This document shows positions 50,135 to 53,532 of a DNA stretch of 53,532 nucleotides, one piece after another. Where the stretch lies: the NCBI GenBank assembly GCA_900549525.1, contig UWSJ01000001.1:1-53532 (forward strand). The letters are read 5' to 3'. Position 1 is the first letter of the stretch. Each line of letters starts with the position of its first letter. The notes under the pieces are model-generated. The model made no database searches, was not told the DNA's origin, and was given only the letters and a program-made list of their open reading frames with translations. The translations under genes and the position numbers were made by a program. This DNA is from an uncultured Coriobacteriaceae bacterium. Lineage in GTDB: Bacteria; Actinomycetota; Coriobacteriia; Coriobacteriales; Atopobiaceae.

Positions 50135-51070
50135 ATGGCCGACGAGCTTGCGCGTCGCGAGACCGGCCAGCGGGAGTTCGCGGGCCACGCGCGCGACTTC
50201 CTCGCCTACGAGGCGGCCGTCCGCAACCTCTCGCCCAACACCGTGCGGGGCTATCGGATCGACCTCGAGGCCTACGAGGCGTGGGCGGAGCGCGAAGGCA
50301 TCGACCCCATGCACGTCAAGCACCGAGACATCCGCGCGTGGCTCGCCGAGCTCACCGCCGCGGGCTATGCTTCTACCACCGTCAGCCGACACCTCTCGTC
50401 CGTCAGGTCGCTCTACGCGTGGATGCTCGGCCGAGGTATCACCGTCGAGGACGCGGCCGAGGCGGTCGCAAGCCCGAAGCTGGGGCGCAGGCTGCCCAAG
50501 ACCGTGGCTGACGAGGGCGTGCACAGGCTCCTTGCGGTCTGCGGCGACGATGCCGTCGGCATCAGGGACAAGACCATGGTGGAGCTGCTCTACGCCACGG
50601 GCGCCCGCATCTCGGAGGCGAGCGGCCTCGACGTTCGCGACGTTGACCTGGATCTGCGCCAGGCCCGGCTCTTCGGCAAGGGCTCCAAGGAGCGCGTCGT
50701 ACCGCTCTACGACCGAGCATGCAGCCAGGTCGCGCGTTACCTCTCCGAAGCCCGGCCGCTGCTTCTCGGGCGCTCAAAGACGCCTGCCCAAACGCAGGCC
50801 CTGTTCGTGTCGAGCCGAGGGGAGCGGATGAGCGCGGACGTCCTCCGCAGGCGCTTCGAGCGCCTCGTGACCCTCGCGGGGCTCGACCCCTCGCTCACGC
50901 CGCACGCGATGCGTCACACCTTCGCTACCGAGCTCGTCGACGGAGGAGCGGACCTGAGAAGCGTGCAGGAGCTCCTCGGGCACGAGAGCCTCTCCACGAC
51001 GCAGATCTACACGCACCTCTCGACGCAGCGACTCAAGGCGGCGACGCTCCAGGCGCATCCGCGGGCCTAG
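50135..51070 (+). CDS. xerC: Tyrosine recombinase XerC/XerD
   Basis: LYATGARISE, GKGSKER, PHAMRHTFAT, LLGH..LSTTQIY; located after trmFO as in housekeeping loci. Confidence 0.9.
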   Translation: MADELARRETGQREFAGHARDFLAYEAAVRNLSPNTVRGYRIDLEAYEAWAEREGIDPMHVKHRDIRAWLAELTAAGYASTTVSRHLSSVRSLYAWMLGRGITVEDAAEAVASPKLGRRLPKTVADEGVHRLLAVCGDDAVGIRDKTMVELLYATGARISEASGLDVRDVDLDLRQARLFGKGSKERVVPLYDRACSQVARYLSEARPLLLGRSKTPAQTQALFVSSRGERMSADVLRRRFERLVTLAGLDPSLTPHAMRHTFATELVDGGADLRSVQELLGHESLSTTQIYTHLSTQRLKAATLQAHPRA

Positions 51071-51080
51071 AAAAGCGTCC

Positions 51081-51109
51081 TTGCGCACCAGCAACGTCGC
51101 TGCTATCCT
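51081..51109 (+). promoter_or_regulatory. Promoter of rpsB-tsf
   Basis: TTGCGC-17 nt-TATCCT with extended TGn. Confidence 0.65.
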
Positions 51110-51139
51110 AATCAGTCGCTGTGCGTCCGCATGGCATCC

Positions 51140-51222
51140 ATCACACACGCGCTGCGACCCAACGGCCACGGTGCCCGCGCAAGCGGGTGGCCTAGGGAAT
51201 GACCAGCGCGGAGGCAAACCGA
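51140..51222 (+). ncRNA. rpsB leader (S2 autoregulatory / t44-like RNA)
   Basis: ACACAC, then a CGCGCTG/CAGCGCG long stem with internal GGTGC, ending GGAGG, in the rpsB 5' UTR. Confidence 0.75.
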
Positions 51223-51235
51223 GAAAGGTTGCACC

Positions 51236-52003
51236 ATGGCAGTAAAGATCAATCTCAACGTCCTGCTCGAGGCCGGTTGCCACTATGGCCACCAGACCCG
51301 CCGCTGGAACCCCAAGATGAAGCCCTACATCTTCGGCGAGCGCAACGGCATCTACATCCTCGACCTCAAGCAGACCATCCTCGACGCCGACAAGGCCTAC
51401 ACCTTCCTGCGCGAGACCGCTGCCAAGGGCGGCCAGATCCTCTTCGTCGGCACCAAGAAGCAGGCCCAGGAGCCCGTCGCCACCCAGGCGGCCCGCTGCG
51501 GCATGCCCTACATCAACCAGCGCTGGCTCGGCGGCGTGCTCACCAACTTCGTGACCATGCGCTCCCGCATCGAGCGCATGGAGGAGCTCGAGAAGATGGT
51601 CGAGGACGGCTCCATGGCCGCCCGCGGCAAGAAGGAGCAGGCCGTTCTCACCAAGGAGCTCGAGAAGCTCCAGAAGAACCTCGGCGGCGTCCGCGACATG
51701 AAGCGCCTTCCGCAGGCCCTCTTCGTGATTGACTCCAAGCGCGAGGAGATTGCCGTCCGTGAGGCCAATCGCCTCCACATCCCGGTGGTCGCCCTCCTCG
51801 ACACCAACTCCGACCCCGACGTCATCGACTACGGCATCCCCGCCAACGACGACGCCATCCGCTCCGTCGCCCTCATGACCGAGCTCGTCGCCGACGCCAT
51901 CCTCGCCGGCACCGGCAAGGAGCAGATCACGGCCGAGGAGATGGCCGCTGGCGCCACCACCCCCGCCGTCGAGGCTGCCCCCGAGGCTCCGGCCGCCGAG
52001 TAG
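51236..52003 (+). CDS. rpsB: 30S ribosomal protein S2
   Basis: [40 protein letters not shown]. Confidence 0.98.
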   Translation: MAVKINLNVLLEAGCHYGHQTRRWNPKMKPYIFGERNGIYILDLKQTILDADKAYTFLRETAAKGGQILFVGTKKQAQEPVATQAARCGMPYINQRWLGGVLTNFVTMRSRIERMEELEKMVEDGSMAARGKKEQAVLTKELEKLQKNLGGVRDMKRLPQALFVIDSKREEIAVREANRLHIPVVALLDTNSDPDVIDYGIPANDDAIRSVALMTELVADAILAGTGKEQITAEEMAAGATTPAVEAAPEAPAAE

Positions 52004-52121
52004 CACGGCTCCGTAAGCTTTAGGCACGAACGGTCGGGGCGTCGTCCGCAGCGGGCGGCGCCCCGCTACAATTGCAATGGCACAGAGCCCCGACCCGGGG
52101 CATCACGAGAGAGAGGCACAC

Positions 52122-52997
52122 ATGGCTCAGATTACCGCCGCGCTCGTCAAGCAGCTCCGCGAGATGACCGACTCCCCGATGATGGAGTGCAAGAAGGCCC
52201 TCGTCGAGGCCGACGGCGACATCGAGAAGGCCGTCGACGTCCTGCGCAAGATGGGCATGGCCAAGGCCGTCAAGAAGGCTGGCCGTGAGACCAACGAGGG
52301 CACCGTCGCGGCCTACGTCTCCGAGGACGGCAAGACCGCCGCACTCGTCGAGGTCACCTGCGAGACCGACTTCGTGGGCACCAACCCTAAGTTCACCGGC
52401 TTCGCCAAGAGCGTGGCCGCCGTGGTCGCCAAGGCAAACCCCGCCGACGTCGATGCCCTCAAGGTCGCCGAGTTCTCCGAGGGCGAGACCGTCGAGGCCG
52501 CGCTCACCGAGATGATTCACGTCATGGGCGAGAACATGAAGATCGCCCGCTTCGAGCGTCTCGCCGCCGACAACGGGGCCTTCGGCACCTACGTCCACGC
52601 CAACGGCAAGGTTGGCACCGTCGTCGAGTTCTCCTTCTCCAAGCCCGAGACCGCCGAGGCAGAGTCCTTCAAGACCTTCGCCCACGACTGCGCCATGCAG
52701 GCCGCTGCCATCCCCGGCACCATCTCCGCCCGTCGTGAGGACGTGCCCGCCGACGTCGTCGAGCACGAGCTCTCCATCTACAAGGCGCAGGCCGCCGAGT
52801 CCGGCAAGCCCGAGGCCATCCAGGAGAAGATCGCCCAGGGTCGCCTCAACAAGTTCTTCGCCGAGTCCGTCCTCTCCGAGCAGGCCTTCATCAAGGACGG
52901 CGACATCACCATTCGCCAGTACGCCGAGAAGGTCGGCAAGGAGCTTGGCGACAAGATCGAGGTCGTCGCCTTCAGGCGCATCACCTTCGGCGAGTAG
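52122..52997 (+). CDS. tsf: Elongation factor Ts
   Basis: ITAALVKQLREMT...MMECKKAL, CETDFV; ATG after GAGG. Confidence 0.97.
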   Translation: MAQITAALVKQLREMTDSPMMECKKALVEADGDIEKAVDVLRKMGMAKAVKKAGRETNEGTVAAYVSEDGKTAALVEVTCETDFVGTNPKFTGFAKSVAAVVAKANPADVDALKVAEFSEGETVEAALTEMIHVMGENMKIARFERLAADNGAFGTYVHANGKVGTVVEFSFSKPETAEAESFKTFAHDCAMQAAAIPGTISARREDVPADVVEHELSIYKAQAAESGKPEAIQEKIAQGRLNKFFAESVLSEQAFIKDGDITIRQYAEKVGKELGDKIEVVAFRRITFGE

Positions 52998-53018
52998 GCC
53001 ACAACACAGCTGGTCCTC

Positions 53019-53048
53019 AAGGGGTCGCGCCCGGCGCGGCCCCTTTTT
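53019..53048 (+). terminator. Intrinsic terminator after tsf
   Basis: GGGGTCGCGC/GCGCGGCCCC stem plus TTTTT. Confidence 0.85.
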
Positions 53049-53131
53049 CATGCCGTTCCGGGCGCTCCCCAGCCCGTCCATATGCCCTCTGGTAGAATCA
53101 CCCGGAATGCAACCAAGCGGAAGGAAGCTCC

Positions 53132-53532
53132 TTGTCGGACTACAAGTACAAGCGCGTACTTCTCAAGCTCTCTGGCGAGGCCCTCATGGGCACGAACGGC
53201 TACGGCGTCGACCCGAAGGTCGTCGACCACCTTGCCAACGAGATCAAGGTAATCCACGACGACGGTGTCGAGATCGGCGTCGTCGTGGGCGGCGGGAACA
53301 TCTTCCGCGGCGTCGCGGGCGCGGCGGGCGGCATGGACCGCGCCCAGGCCGACTACATGGGCATGCTCGCGACGGTCATGAACGCGCTCGCCCTGCAGGA
53401 CAGCTTTGAGCGTCACGGCATGACCACGCGCGTCATGAGCGCCATCAAGATGGACGAGGTCTGCGAGCCCTACATCCGCCGTCGTGCCATCAAGCACCTC
53501 GAGAAGGGCTACATCGCCATCTTCGCCGCCGG
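53132..53532 (+). CDS. pyrH: UMP kinase, 3'-truncated by window edge (not in ORF track)
   Basis: TTG start: [40 protein letters not shown]-n-TAGAAT at 53090-53098. Confidence 0.95.
   Translation, partial: MSDYKYKRVLLKLSGEALMGTNGYGVDPKVVDHLANEIKVIHDDGVEIGVVVGGGNIFRGVAGAAGGMDRAQADYMGMLATVMNALALQDSFERHGMTTRVMSAIKMDEVCEPYIRRRAIKHLEKGYIAIFAA

Noticed and set aside
50135..51070. Tyrosine recombinase as a prophage or island integrase
   Set aside because: XerC-type sequence in the housekeeping dprA-trmFO-xerC context; no att sites or cargo

Overview
High-GC chromosomal window of housekeeping genes. Gene content and codon style suggest Coriobacteriia (Olsenella/Atopobium-like); this is an inference. 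It contains anaerobic ribonucleotide reductase nrdDG and a complete minus-strand shikimate/aromatic operon (aroF-tyrA-aroB-aroA-aroC-pheA-aroE/aroK-aroQ) downstream of tRNA-Arg(CCG). These are followed by a P-type ATPase-aconitase-zinc-ribbon cluster, cyclophilin/TPR/mreBCD-pbp2-rodA, rplU-rpmA-obgE-proBA-nadD-yqeK-rsfS, and an OmpR/CiaR-like two-component pair coupled to dinB. The right half carries rpsP-khpA-rimM-trmD-lepB-glyQS, a PDRP-family gene, yhbY, rplS-rnhB-yraN-comM-dprA-trmFO-xerC and rpsB-tsf-pyrH. No mobile element, CRISPR array or rRNA is visible. The most unusual items are: (i) a PTS EIIB domain with an intact phospho-acceptor Cys fused to type II dehydroquinase; (ii) matching 11-bp-phased TCAG direct repeats in front of both the TCS-dinB operon and the yraN-comM-dprA genes, suggesting a shared regulon; and (iii) a multi-branched structured element between nrdD and nrdG. 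All assignments come from motif recognition by eye; no database searches were run.
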